Part shown: positions 11,863-25,233 of the stretch, piece after piece
Layout: each line of letters begins with the position of its first letter
How positions within the stretch are numbered: position 1 is the first letter of the stretch
DNA from: Marsupella aquatica
Taxonomy: Eukaryota > Plantae > Marchantiophyta
Reading direction: 5' to 3'
NCBI GenBank assembly: GCA_973895155.1
Contig: OZ316893.1
Location: 11,982,359 to 12,046,358, forward strand
DNA: 64,000 bases
Program-made: the position numbers and the translations under genes
Notes under the pieces: generated by a model
The model's database searches: none
What the model was told of the DNA's origin: nothing
Seen by the model: only the letters and a program-made list of their open reading frames with translations

Positions 11863-13689
11863 TCTTAGCCAAAAATCCCCATTGGCCAGAATCTCACAGT
11901 TGTCATTCAATCTAGGGAGGTCTTAGGGTCAGAAATATAAATTATTCTAGGAAAAATTAGATTTGAAACATTGCCAGCATCTTCTCATTAACACAAGCCA
12001 GGTGACATTAGCCAAAAAGAAAATTTTAAAACTAGCCTAGAGCGAATTCGAGTTTGGAGACAAAAAAAACAGTCACGAGCGGGGACGATGTGAGAGTATT
12101 AGATCACTGCCGTTTATACTGGATGCGTTGGCAACGGCCACGATACATCTGCCAGGAACCCGTGATCAATATTTACGTCAGTGTGTAATGAACGGCGGCT
12201 CTTTTCCAACAAACCCACTACTAAGAAAAAATATAATTAAAAAAATAAAATATATATTCTCGGCAGTATGTGTCCGACACGTGTAACTGCGTCCTGGATA
12301 ATGCAGGCACAATGAGCGGCCCGGATGAGAAGTTCTCAACTATCCTGGCCCACACGCGACATGCCACGCAACTTCGATCGATACAGTCATAACAGGCTTA
12401 ATTACGAAAAACCCCTCCATTAATACGGAGTCTAATTCCAACTTGACGGCCTAGATTACCCTCATCGAATCCTCGGCGATCGTCGCCCAATCCCTGAGCT
12501 CCGGCGTCCTGTAATCACGGAGGGTTTGTCTAATAAGCTGATTAAGGACTTAAGGGTATCGTGTGAGACGGGGTACGGAAGAGGGGGTGATGGTTGTTCG
12601 GGAAATCCATGGAACCGAGAAAGCATACGGAGGGAATTTGTTGGTTTCCTCGTATGTCTTTTTGCTCGTGTTCCTCGAAAAGTGGAATTCGCATGTCTTT
12701 TCTTCTCTCTCTCTCGCCCTCTCTCTCTCTCTCGTGTATTTGTTGCAAACTCTCGTCTCGTCTCGTTGTGGCCCAGAACTCTCGCTTTTCCTCGTCCTCG
12801 TCCACCGGTTGATTTGGTTCGCGGAGGTCTGCGTGTCTGCCTCGATTAATGTTGTACAGGAATTTGTCGCTGGGGAGAAATTGCCGCTCTGCCCTTGCGT
12901 CTCTCCCCGTCTTTGTCAATTTGGGTCGTTGCGTACTGCCGACCCCTTGATTGAAGTGTCCTACTCCTTCCCTCGTGCAGGAATTTTTTTGGGGAGAAGG
13001 TTTCTTCTATCGGCTCCCCGTGTTCTCGCAAAGGAGGACCAATTCACCAATCAGGCAGGCAAGCAAGAAAGGAGAGAGCTCGAAAGCTTTGCCCTGCTGG
13101 CCTTTTTGGTGCGTAAGAGTTCTGTCTCGTTGGTCAGCTTCTCCAGGCCTGTTTGTATAGTTTTACGTGGGCGTGTTGCGTGGCATGTCTTAGCACGAAA
13201 CGTGCAGGTTTGCAGATACGGTAGTGTATGTGCTGATCCATCAATTAGGGCAAGGAGAGTATCGATCAGAGTATAGTATCATATAGTATCGATTGTAGAT
13301 AGCTTGCCGAAGTTGGGGAAGGGCGAATTCGACTGATGGTCTTCGAAATTGGGTGGTAGGACGGTGTCTGATCTTTGGGGGCTTCAGTGTGACCCCTTGT
13401 ACATAATTGGAAATTTATAGGCGGTCCAGGAGGAGGAGCAACCCCAGTGTGTGATCAATTGGCGGGTTTGGAAGAGGGGCATACTTTTTGGGGAAAGTTT
13501 GAGGGAATTGGCACCATGCTATAGCCTCTGCCAACGAATTGAAACTGGAGGGCAGAATCGGCGTGTGAAACTGTGTTGGGGCGTACATCCGTGCACCTAC
13601 CCACCTGGATTGTCCTCAGTGTCGCGTCCGGTCCTGTTCTACTGCAACAGAGCTTTTCGATTACTGAAGGGGTGAGCTCGGTAGCAGCA

Positions 13690-16600
13690 ATGCGGTTCAA
13701 CATCTGGGACGTGATAGATAAAGTAGAGGACTGGTGGCCATGGCACGGGAAGGAAGCGGAAGAGGAGAACGTGAACCCGGACCTCAACCCAGTTCTACTT
13801 ATTCCAGGGATTGGAGGCTCCATGATCGATGCCGTAAACGAGAAGGGAAAGAAGGAACGAATTTGGGTCCGTTTGTTTGCTGCAGACCACGAATTCCGTA
13901 CCAAACTGTGGTCGTTGTACGACAAGAACACAGGTGCTTTGGGCCAAATGTTCCCGTCCTTGTCCTGCTTCTGTGTTGGCCTTCTGTTGTGCATTGAGAG
14001 CGTGTTGCTACTTTCACCTGCCCCGTTTTTGCAGAGCTCTTCTTTTATTTTCAGCACATGTGGGTAATTGTCAGTAATTGGCTCTTTTGAGTGAATGTTG
14101 AGTGGGAATACAATTGTGGTTTCTGGGCGTGACTCGTTTCATAAATTTTTACTCATCACAGGAAGAACGGAGTCTATAGATAAAAGTATTACAATCGAAA
14201 TTCCTGAAGATAGATATGGGCTGTATGCCTGTGATGTACTCGATCCCGACGTGGTAAGATCTTCCTCCGTCTTTCTTTCAACTCCGTTAATTTATCATTT
14301 CTATCGGCCTGCCATTTTTGTGACGCGAGAATGCATTCTTTGTCCTTGGCGAGCTAGGGTGAGTGTTCGGGTGTACGACACGCTGCATGTGTTGGGATGG
14401 AGCTCCCTTGATACTCGCAGCATGTGTATCGGAGGTCTTGAAAGAAGTCATCACTTTCACAACTAGTATTTTGTCATTTTTGGGTCTGCTCTTGTATCTG
14501 CACTTCGCTCCACAATTATGAAGCATGATTGTTCCGTGATGGCCGGCTTGACTTGAGTCATGATCGTCGCAGATCCTGCGGCTGGATGCTGTGTACTACT
14601 TCCACGACGTGATAAAGGAGATGTTGTCTTGGGGTTATAAGGAGGGGACTACACTTTTTGGATTCCCGTACGATTTTCGGCAAAGCAATAGGTGCGTCTA
14701 TGTACACACTTTTACGCTTCTACTGCAATGCTTTTTGTTACTCGCTGTTCAGAATGTTTCGAAGACTGTTGATTTGAAAAGAATGCGGGGTTTGACATGA
14801 CTTCAGACACTGAGACTTGTATTGTAAGTTTAACCAAGAGCACGAATGGGCGGACGAAGACTGTCTTCGTGACTTCAGACACTGACACTTGAATTGTAAG
14901 TTTAACGAAGAGACCACGAATGGGCGGACGAAGACTTTCTTTCGAGCATTGAGATTTCCAACTCCTGATTAGGCAAGCAGCATGTTTGAGACAAGTTTTT
15001 CACTACCAGGAACTTCTTAGTTCCGACCTAATATTCTACGCCCTAATATTCTATGTGGAGGCCCGTTGGAGAGAACCAATTCTCCCTTTACCTGGTTTCT
15101 GTTTTCCTTTGTAGTTACAATACTTCGTCCTCAAAGTAATATTTGACGTATGTGACCTTACAGTTCATCTCATATGATTGACTAGAATCATGATTCTGAG
15201 TCAAAATTCTCTCTTTAACGCCAATGTTGGTCAAGCTCGCACAAACGATTAGGCTGTCTATCTCAATTCAATGGCCATATTCAAAGTCACCGTGTCGCAA
15301 TTCTTCGGAATCTACTCTTTCTTGAATCTCTGGTTGCCGTCACGGCTTTCCTTGTTCTATTGCGTATAAAGCTTTCAGAAAGGTAATGATCATTGCACCT
15401 CTATAAACACGTTGTGTTGCATATGCAGACTTCCAGAGCGGATGGAGGCTCTGAAGGTGAAACTGAAGATGATGTACGAAGCCTCAGGAGGGAAGAAAGT
15501 TAATATAGTCTCTCATTCTATGGGTGGTCTGATTATCAAGTCCTTTGTGGCCCTTCATCCTGAGGTATGAGGGGATCACTTAAGAGCTTTGTTGTTACGG
15601 CCTGACTACTTATACGTACAACTTACCAATTGTCCGCTTCGATTATCTTGTCGCGGCTTTGAGTTGTAGGTCATCGTTTTTACTCATCAATACCCAGTGA
15701 AAGGGCTTGAAGGTGGTTTCACCTGCGAACATTGTTTTTGGTACCTCAGCTGTCCAAGTGTGTGTTACTGCTAATGTTGGATATCCGATACAATGTGTGA
15801 ATGAACTGTGATTGGTCGTTGCAGTTCTTTGAACAATATGTCAACACTTGGATTGCTGTGACTGTGCCCTTCCAAGGTGCGTAACAAGCTTTGGTTATAT
15901 TAGATACTGCCCAGTTCGTGCAGTTTCGTCTGGCCCCTTCCTGTCGTCTGATGATGACAATGACAACAGAGATTATTTTCTGCTGATCGTTGTCAAACAG
16001 TTTGGTTAATCTTGCAGCGGGGCTATCTGTGTTAGTCTTTGCAATGGGACAAAGTAGAAAAAGCCTGTACATACATCTAGGGTTGGTCTACAAAAAGTCG
16101 CTTTTGAATATTTTCTTCCTTCCCGTTGAGGTCCGCGATGGCTTGACGACGTTTATCACGTGTAAGGCTACTGAAATTCAATATTCTTGGTTGTGAGCAG
16201 GAGCACCGGGGTTCATCATGGATTGCTTGTTAACAGGTGTGGAATTTGTGAAGGGCTGGCAGAGAGAGCTTTTCGTTGCTAAGTGGAGCATGCATCAACT
16301 GGCAAGGCTCTTTTTTCTCCTACATTTTACATCTGGTCTCAGATTCAATACGGCTGGGAGTTGAAGGTTTTGGGAGAAAATCTATGTCGTGTTTGAGAAC
16401 GATTGAAGAATGGAAATTCTGAGAAATTGCTCTTGGTTGCAATTCTACTGATGTCTATTGTTCAGTGCATAGGTGGCTCTTTTTTCCTGGTAACTTAATT
16501 GGGCACTACTGGGTTATTCCGTTTTCTAGAGAGGCGGCTTGTGAAAGTCCGTAAATTGGCCTACTGTCGTTAATTACGATGAAGCTTGAATCAGCCCAGT

Positions 16601-19561
16601 TGGTGATTAATACCTGAATCATTCTGGTCTCATGGGGTTCTTTTCACTTTAAATTCCTGTAAACGAACAGGCTACAAATGCAGAATAGCAGTAAGATGAC
16701 AGAGTATGAAAAATGTATGTTGGTCTTGTTATAGTTGTACTCACGTAGTTGGTTTATCCTTCGCTGTTCTACTTTAGCCTCCTCGTAGTTTATGCTGGTC
16801 CCTGGCGTAGCTCACGGGGTGGCTAACCTACCTAAGGTCCAGTTATTGAAATTTAGTAGCATTTCGTGGTGAAACATCTGTGGTGACCCGTCAGATTTTT
16901 ATAGACGGCTGTGACTGAGGATCGATGTTTGAAATCTGCAGATGAAGCATTAATGGAAGAATCGCTTGAAAAGTACAGTGCTAGGCAAGATGAGTGCCAT
17001 ATTTTAACCTGACTGTATTTTGGACTGTCAACTGCAGCTTATTGAGTGCCCAGCTATATATGAGCTCATGGCTGGCACAGACTTCAATTGGAGGGAATTT
17101 CCAGAGTTGAGAGTATGGCGGCAGAGGAGCGACAGGAACGGCGTAACCGAGATTGGAATGGAGATCTTTGGTCCTGAGGATTGTATTGATGTCATGATGG
17201 CAGCTCTTAAGGATAACACAGTGAGTGTCATCACTATCTATCCCACGTATAGCTAGCTTAATTTCATTGTTCCTCTGTGATGTAGAGTTCAAACATTAAG
17301 GATTTGAATTGAGACTTCATGACACGTTGGATTTTGTCTTCTAGTTATTGTCATCCTCTGATTGTCGAGAGGATTAATTTGCGTTTGCAATCAGATATAG
17401 GTTTTCCCAAGTTAGTGTCGACAGTTTTTGCAATTTTGGAGTACAGAAGGGCTGGAAGAGTGGTTCTTTGAAATTACAGATTTCGATGCCTCGTTGGTGA
17501 AAGCCTAGTCCAAATCTATTTGTTGGGGGAGTAATGAGTAGGCTTGTCATCGGAGTAAAATATAGTCCGCAAGCCCTCTGGCTTTAGGGTTTACCAGTGT
17601 TGGATAGTCCGTATATGCCGTCGATGGTACGTTGAGACTTGATCTGAACTAAGTTTGGAGAAGTTTAGCTCGACATTCTCCCGAGACTGGATTATATATG
17701 TGAATTTTGTATTGACATCAAGATGTGCAGTCTGATCTGCATCATCCTTTCTAATCTTTTCCTTCATTTGTCTGCCATAACAGTTGGATCTGAATGGTGT
17801 GAAAGTTCCTGCGCCATTGAACAAACATATTCTTGAATGGGCTATGGAAACACGGAGAATCCTGCAGACTGCAAAATTACCTGAGGGTGTGAACTTCTAC
17901 AACGTCTTCGGCACAGGGCTTGAGACACCTTTGCATGTCTGGTGTGTCATCTTTTCCAACTTAATTTATTTTTGATGTACAGTTGATTTGGCAGAGGAGT
18001 GCTTGTTTTTAATATCAAGTTTGGACGAATAGCAGTCAAGATTTGATAAGCTTGAGAGCTTTTGGGGCCGGTGATTATTTTGTACGTCCACAACTGATAT
18101 AGGACCCAAGTCTTGATTGCCATATATGATAGTCGGTAGCAACATTATGTATCTAATCGCGTGTGATCATTAGTGATCAATTTGACATTATCTTTTTTGC
18201 CAGTAACCTGGAAAAAGGTACTTTCAAGGTTTCCTTTCTTGTCGGACTTGCTAAGGAGTATGCCCAAGCTCATGGGATATTTAAATCCAATGAATGATTA
18301 GTGGAGAATTCCGGGTGTATTCCTAGGAAGTGAGAAAACATTAGGGAAACTGATCTGTCTTATATTTTAGAGGTCCTTTCCGGTAGAGTCAGCTACTTTG
18401 CTCTTCATCCCCCTTGACAAGAGTAGCTCCAATTAGATTGCCTGCGAATGCTCTCCGGGTTAAGAAATATATTGTGGACTTCTGATTCGACTTTTGACCC
18501 TTGCTGTAGTTATGGCCGTGAGGAATCTCCAATATCGTTGCTGGAGGAGATCCTGGAGACACAGGTGTGTTTCTTGGAGGACGAAATTCGACTGATGATT
18601 CCTGCTTCAGCAATAATGCTCGAGTGTTTTTGGGCTAGCTTGTGACAGGACGTGTGGTACCCAATCAGAGCCAAGAAAATTAGCTTGATTTTTAGTTAAC
18701 ACAGGTCCAGAGGACTAATTGTTTCATCTGCAATGGACATGTAGGGAGAATTCGATTGTGTGGATGGGGACGGAACTGTCCCAGTTGAATCTGCTATGGT
18801 ATGTTTGTGCAGATGGAAAAAACTTGTTGTTTATCGTATGGAGAGATTATTTGCGAAGGACAAAGCTTTGACACATCTAAAAGTTTGCATTTCGTGAGGC
18901 CAGAACATGATATATCATATGAGTGAGGTAGACGTATGTCTGAAATTGGTTGAGGCCTGTTGCGTTTTTCGTGAGAGTTACTTCCAGGTCCTGAACTTTG
19001 TACCACAATGATTTCCAGGCAGATCAGTTGGACGCAAAGGCAAGAGTAGGAATTCCGGGTGACCACCGTGGTATATTAAATGATGATCGACTTTTTCGGA
19101 TCCTGAAACACTGGCTCCAAGTTGGTGATCCGGACCCCTTCTACGACCCTCTCAATGATTATGTCATCCTTCCCACAAAGGCTGAGTTTGAAGAACACAA
19201 GAGGCAACTTGTGGTATATTCTCCTCAGCCAGGAGGATTCGACGAACCGACTGATGCAGAGTTAGGTGATGAGGACTATGCCGGGTTCATGGAAAAGGAG
19301 TACATAACGACGATAACAACTGATGGCAGTGCTGGTGATATACGGGCTGAAGCCCATGCACATGTGACACGACCTCGTCGAGTGAAACAGTGTGATTCAA
19401 CAGAACAGAAATGTAGTATTGAAATTGATACCGTGGGCGTTGCTGAAGGTGCAGATGCAGAAAAGACTGCAAGTGCCCTTGACCAGGTCGTGAAGTCTGC
19501 TGCAAAGGAGGCAATAATTGCAAACACAAGGGGTAAGAAATCAAAGGTTTTCCCCGAATAG
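13690..19561 (+). CDS. LCAT3: LCAT-like phospholipase A (LCAT3/LCAT4 clade), 11 exons: 13690-13933, 14162-14253, 14573-14691, 15429-15564, 15825-15876, 16201-16301, 17038-17220, 17784-17941, 18510-18564, 18745-18798, 19019-19561
   Basis: Motifs PVLLIPGIGGS, WVRLFAAD, LFGFPYDFRQSNR, lipase box VSHSMGG, PFQGAPG, DGDGTVPVESA and GDHRG. Exon phases are consistent. All introns are GT-AG except one GC-AG at 16302-17037. LCAT3 versus LCAT4 orthology is not resolved. Confidence 0.93.
14798..14944. repeat. ~72-bp direct tandem duplication in LCAT intron 3
   Basis: TGACTTCAGACACTGA..TTGTAAGTTTAAC..CACGAATGGGCGGACGAAGACT occurs at 14798 and 14870. Confidence 0.9.
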
Positions 19562-21149
19562 CGGTTCAAGGGAGTTCTGGCACATTTGAATATTCCCATA
19601 AGTGCGTTGTGTCAAGTAGAGCGATCCTGATAAATGCAGCATCAACGCAGGGTGAGCTGTAATGTCATGTTACCAAATTGAATTCTTGGGAGTTGAGGTT
19701 GTGATCTCAGCAACTTGTGGAACTCGGTATTGAATGTAAATCATTGTAATAGCTGCCCCGGCTAGCCATAGACCTGAGGGGCCTGATATGTACATACTTT
19801 ACAGGGTTGAACTGGTATGTGTATATTGTACATGGACTTTATTAATAGTTGTGCAAAACCAAGGGTGCTCACTTTACGAACTTGAGTTATCAGCTAAGAA
19901 GCTGAACACTCGTTAAATTTTTAATAGATAAATGTATGCAGTGCACAGGCTCACCTGTACAAAATTAGGACTTTGCCACGAGTGTCACTTATTCAGTAAA
20001 CACTATTGAGCCTGAGATGTTGGAATCGGTAAAACGTTTTCCAGCTCATCTCGTGGCTATATTAAGTCCCAAGCTATGGTGCATAACTTTTTCGTGGAGG
20101 CGTTATCATAATCACTCAACATTTGACGTTTATGTATTATTGTCCTGGTCAGGGTAGGTTATATACCGCCCTCTGCAGGTAAGGCTCCCCAGGATTCAGC
20201 CCTCCTTAAAAAACTTGAACTTCTCTTCTTCCATGTGTTGTCCATTACTCTGATATGTTCCCTTCGTCATTTACCTCTGTTTGTGAAGTGTTTACGGGAC
20301 ACCTTTGTCAGGATTGTTGAAGATCGTCGTCCTGACTGGAAACTCCCCACACGGGTGAACGTCACTAGTTTTGGAAGCTCTAGACTGATGGATCCTGCAG
20401 GTTGAAGGTCGTCCGGAAATAAACTGTTACGCAAGTCAGACTTGAGCTTCGCTCTTTACAGTACGGAGTCTGTGTTCGCAAATAGTATCACTAGCACTTT
20501 GTGAGAATACACACAGGTCAAGTGTCAACACTGGTCAATTTTGACAACAGATGCTTTTGGTGGTGAGGTCATCACACTTGGCCCAGACGAGGTGCCAATT
20601 GGAATCTTGCTGTATGCACATGGCGTAAATGGAGCAGTGTGTGCGTGGTCCTTGGGCTGTTGCAGCGTGCAAGTATCCCTTTGGCATCGTGGGGAGTGCA
20701 AATGTGTGATGGAAAATTCCTGGGTTAAGACCAGGTTTTGGGGATGTGACTCTTGCATTGGAGGCATGAGAAGATGCACTGCAGGGGAACTTCTCTGGAT
20801 CCCCCACATTTGGTGGCGATGAAACTCTTGCATTGCAGGCAGGAGAAGTTGGATTGCAAGGGGCATTAATCAAATCTCAGAAGCTCTCACATTTGGTTGG
20901 CCCAAGCGCATAACTCCCTTGACGATATTGCCCTTGTCTCTCTCCCCTATGGACGAAAAGAAGACAGCAACTTAATCTTGGAAAGTTCCCTTAGCGCCTG
21001 AATTACTAGCCCTTTTGTGTCCCTTAATTAATGTCATTCTTGATTCTTCCTGGGATCGTAATGCCGGGGTCAAGACCTGATATCTTTTAATAAAATCTGT
21101 CAAGGCTGTACGTGAGGATTATGGGCAATAATAGCCCCTCAGGGCTTGT

Positions 21150-21276
21150 GTGTAGTAAGATCCTGTATCTGGAGTATTATGGGCAATATTAGCCCCTCAA
21201 AACTTGAACTGAAGCTCATGTTTTTTGGGGCATTACATCCCATAATGCCCTCTAAACAGGACTTTGCTGTAATATA
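21150..21276 (+). repeat. Short (~125 bp) dispersed repeat, probably a degenerate MITE; further copies at 22606-22728 (-) and 35061-35170 (+)
   Basis: Shared core GGGCAA..ATAGCCCCTCAAAAC..GAAGCTC. The reverse complement GAGCTTCAG..GTTTTGAGGGGCTATTG is at 22660-22690. Confidence 0.65.
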
Positions 21277-21910
21277 GTTCTTCCTACCACATCTTCGCTA
21301 CTCCTTTTTTCGTGAATAAGTTTTTCTCATAATGGGGTTCCAATCATGAAACACCTTCAACTGAAGTCTGGTATGCCTGAAATAATATTAAAAGTTCTAA
21401 ATTTGACAAAAGTATATCATAATTCCCCTTGAACCGTAGGAAAGATAAACTGAATATCATGAATTATCTCCCCAGGAGTTGAGATATGTGACACTTTCTT
21501 GAAATCTCTAAGCACATCTATAAGCTCCATGTGGTTTCAAAATGTTCTTTCTATGAAAGTGAAGTCTTTCTATTATAACTCTGTCGCATCACAGTGAATA
21601 TGAATGGTTTCAAAAATCTCATGCAATCCTAAGAATTCTATCCAAACAAAGAGTTTGGTATGGAGATCCCATCTGACCTGATAGCTCAAAGGTTCTAGAT
21701 CAAGGATGGAGTTACTGAATTCTGATCCTGATTTTGATCTGAGCTTTTTAGGTAAGGCTTTGTTTAGTGGGCCGGGTTTTTGACCCCGTATGACTTAAAC
21801 TTTTGCATGTTGTCCTTTTTCTTAAAAATAAACAAATAAACAAATAGAGATGAAACAAGTATAATTAAGCTCCCATTCTCACCTCGGAGTATAGCTGCAT
21901 GGGACAAAGA

Positions 21911-22577
21911 CCCGGTTTGAGCTGTCGGACAACTTGTCGTGTTGTCGGACATGACAACTTGTCATTTGTCATTTGTCGCCCGAAAATGACCCTATTTGTC
22001 GCATATTCCTTCTTATGCCCCGGTCCGGCCCCGGCCCGGCCCAATCCGTTCCCGGCCCGGCCCATTCCCTCCCCGACTCTTCCCGGCCCCTTCCATTCCC
22101 GGCTCGGCCCGGTCCCTTCCCGGCCCGGCCCCGCATCTCGCCCGGCCTCACAAACACTAGGTGAGGGCGGGCCGAGTGCGGGGCTGGGCGGGATGCGGGA
22201 CGGGAAGGGAAGGGGCTGGGCCGGGAAGGGGCAGGGCCGGGAAGGGAAGGGAAGGGGCTGGGCCGGGAAGGGACCGGGCCGGGACGGGAAGGGGCAGGGC
22301 CGGGAAGGGAAGGGGCCGGGCCGGGAAGGGGAAGGGACCGGGCCGGCCACATATACACAGGCCGGGAGAGGGGTGCCGATTCCAAATACACGAGCCGGGC
22401 CGGGATTTTCTGGTCGCGACAGGCCGGGCCGGGATGGAACCGGGTAACACTCCGGGGATAGTAGCCGGGCCGGGAATTACCGGCCGGGAGCCGGACCGGG
22501 GACCGGGGTGGACCGGGTGACAACTTGTCGGTTGTCGAGTCCAAAGGCCTCTATTTGTCGGACAAGTCCAAACCGGG
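21911..22577. mobile_element. 667-bp non-autonomous TIR element with a GC-rich (GGCCGG/CCGGCC) interior and 8-bp TSD
   Basis: TIR CCCGGTTTGAGCTGTCGGACAA / TTGTCGGACAAGTCCAAACCGGG. TSD GACAAAGA at 21903-21910 and 22578-22585. Subterminal TTGTCG/GACAA repeats. Confidence 0.9.
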
Positions 22578-23171
22578 GACAAAGAACACAAAGAGCAAGG
22601 TTTATGTTATAGTAAAGTCCTGTTTACATGGAATTGTGAGCCATAATGCCCCAAAAGGAGAGCTTCAGCTGGAGTTTTGAGGGGCTATTGTTTGTCTATA
22701 ATGCTTTGGTGACCCTAGCTTAGTACAATTAGGCCAAGAGGATTTTATTTATACTAATTTTAGTAAGAGTCAAGTAGAATTTTCATAATGAGCTGATCAA
22801 AGTTTAGGTTGCACATTTGTCACCATAAATGCCCTGAAAATTACATAGAGAAAAATGGTCAAGGGCATTAAGTTTACCAATTGTCATGATAAAGAAAGAG
22901 TAAGCAAGATCCCCATAGGGATGCTCTCCAACTGGACCCTGGACCTTTACGTTAAGATTTTCTTTGTGTATCCCTGCCAAGAGAGGGAATTTTCCTCGTG
23001 ACACACTTTGACTAAGTAGCTCCATGCAAACATCGAAGTGGGGCCTAGTGGTCAGCTCAGGTTGAGGGTGACCACTATGGGTTCTGTGCCAAACTAATTC
23101 AGGTAGGTAAAATGTGTTATGCACCAAATGTGACATTCCAAAAACGGTGTGCTGGAAATACAAATGGGTCG

Positions 23172-23442
23172 CTTTGGGAAATGGAGTCTAGTAAATTAGA
23201 TTCCAAAACGACATGACAGCCTGAAAAATTACTAATGAGGATAAATGCCCAAGAAAAAGCGTCTGAGATATTCTGGCTGGGAAATTTTTAATGGCCACTA
23301 CACTTTGGGAAATGGAGAGTAAATTAAGTCGAAAAGACATGACAGCCTGAAAACTATCTATGAGGAGAAATGCACCCCCCCCAAAAAAAAAAAAAACAAA
23401 AAAACAAAAATGTCTGAGAAATTTCTGACTGGAAATTGTTTT
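23172..23442. repeat. ~130-bp degenerate tandem duplication
   Basis: CTTTGGGAAATGGAG..GACATGACAGCCTGAAAA..ATGAGGA.AAATGC..GTCTGAGA occurs at 23172 and 23303. Confidence 0.8.
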
Positions 23443-24009
23443 AAGTCCACCTGCTAAAGTCTGGAAGCAAGTTAAAACGACTCTTTGTGATCAAACCTCG
23501 TTAACCAAGTTACGCCTGCATGATATCCTCTTCTAACTTGGGTCCAAACTCTAGTTAACTCCACTCGTTGTTTACCATGATCTTCCTTGCCATCGTCCTG
23601 TTGAGTATCTTATGTCTATGATGTTTGGTATACTGCATGGGTGTTTAAAGTAGTACAATGCAAATTGTAACGGTTTTAATATATGAGTAACATTGTGGCT
23701 ACGTGATTTGCATGGTCTTGGCATATTAGTTGTAGGGTATTATTGAGTCAGTATCCAAAATATTTGGCTCCACACATGGGGCACATTGAAGGCCTCATTT
23801 CCTCATGGATCATTCAAGGATCATTTCTTGCCGGATTCCATGGACTTTTAAATCAACAGGTGATAATTACAACTTGTAAGATATTTTGTCATGTTTTTGA
23901 AATACTTTATCCAAAAGGATTAGAAGAAGTTGATGTTGGGATATGTTAGACATTTACTCTTAGGTCTAGGGTTACAACTGTAATCGTAATCAGGGCTAAT
24001 CGTGGTTAA

Positions 24010-24081
24010 TTAGGTTAGGTTAGGTTAGGTTAGGTTAGGTTAGGTTAGGTTAGGTTAGGTTAGGTTCGGTTAGGTTAGGTT
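24010..24081 (+). repeat. (TTAGG)n pentanucleotide array, about 14 units with one TTCGG variant
   Basis: Read directly from the sequence. Confidence 0.97.
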
Positions 24082-25233
24082 CCCGTGGACGTAGCCTGAG
24101 GTGAACCACATCTCTCTTTGTGTCAATTACTTGGATGATCATGGACTTGCCGTTGTGAAATGTCATCTTTGCTCAACAGGAGGGACTACCAGGTTTGACT
24201 TATTGAAGACTCCTATGTACCAAACCTTTTTTGATATCAATGTTAGCATATATAAAAAAGAAAGTCCAAGAAGTGTTTATGGCATTGTCATACAATTTGA
24301 AAAGAAGAAATTATTATTTTGCTTCCCCATCCTGGGCATGCACAAACTTGATAGTCCCTATGGTAGTAGTAGGATCAACCAGAATACTCAATCCTATGAC
24401 TAAGGGCAGGCTATTGTATTCGGGGGACCATTATTTCCAAATAGGCATTCACTATCCGTTGTAGAGCCCAGGCATTTGGTTTTAGGGCCTCTTGACAGAT
24501 TCCACTTTGTGACCCTCCTATGTGGTTCACTCCTGAACTCTACTAGACTTTTCATGTCTCTGCCTAGTACACGAAGCCTTAAAGGATGGGTAATAAGCCC
24601 AATGTATAAGAACTAATGATAAAAACCCTTGAAAATATGGAAAAAGCCAAAAAATGCATCTAAAAACAAACTCTTTTTTTGGCAAGAACTCAAAACTTGC
24701 AAAAAAACACAAAATAGGGCATCATTTTGACTACTCAAAATCACAAAAACTGGTTGTGGGAAACATTTAATAAGCAAATACCACATATTTCAATGTTGCA
24801 ATTTATTACTAGCACACATTCAATTGGCTCAATAACACATTCACCCTTGAAATACCACCCTAAAGTTCATTAACATCCCAAATATGTAAAGTTTTCAAAA
24901 GAGGGTCAAGATTTCCGAATTATTTTGCAGTTTGTAGGATCCTAGGGTTCATTTACCAAGAAAAATCATCATTCACACAAAGGGAATGACGAGTATATCA
25001 AAAGCTTTCAAATATATATGGGATTCTAGAAGGTACCTCTTTAATATTTTGTTTTCTGAATTTCTCAAACAAGACTGCCCACACGATGGACATTCTCAAA
25101 ATGTCAAACTTCTTTCAATATGATTCATGAATTCATGAATTCATCATTCACAACATTTATGGTTTGCTACCAACTCAAACAATGATAAATTGCAAATACA
25201 CTTGTTTGACAAAATTGCTAAGATTGGTAAATC

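Noticed and set aside
12526-13276. ORFs of 107-237 aa upstream of LCAT
   Set aside because: They span a CT-microsatellite-rich promoter/5'UTR-like region and show no recognisable motifs.
20100-21100. Possible retroelement or gene fragment downstream of LCAT
   Set aside because: Short ORFs with a small internal duplication but no diagnostic gag, RT or integrase motif that I could confirm.
21865-22591. Pro/Gly/Arg-rich ORFs in several frames
   Set aside because: Artefacts of the stop-poor GC-rich MITE interior.
23700-24563. Possible decayed L1 3' end hosting the MTase element (KCHLC..., I*KE.NYYF)
   Set aside because: Too degenerate to call as a feature without an alignment.
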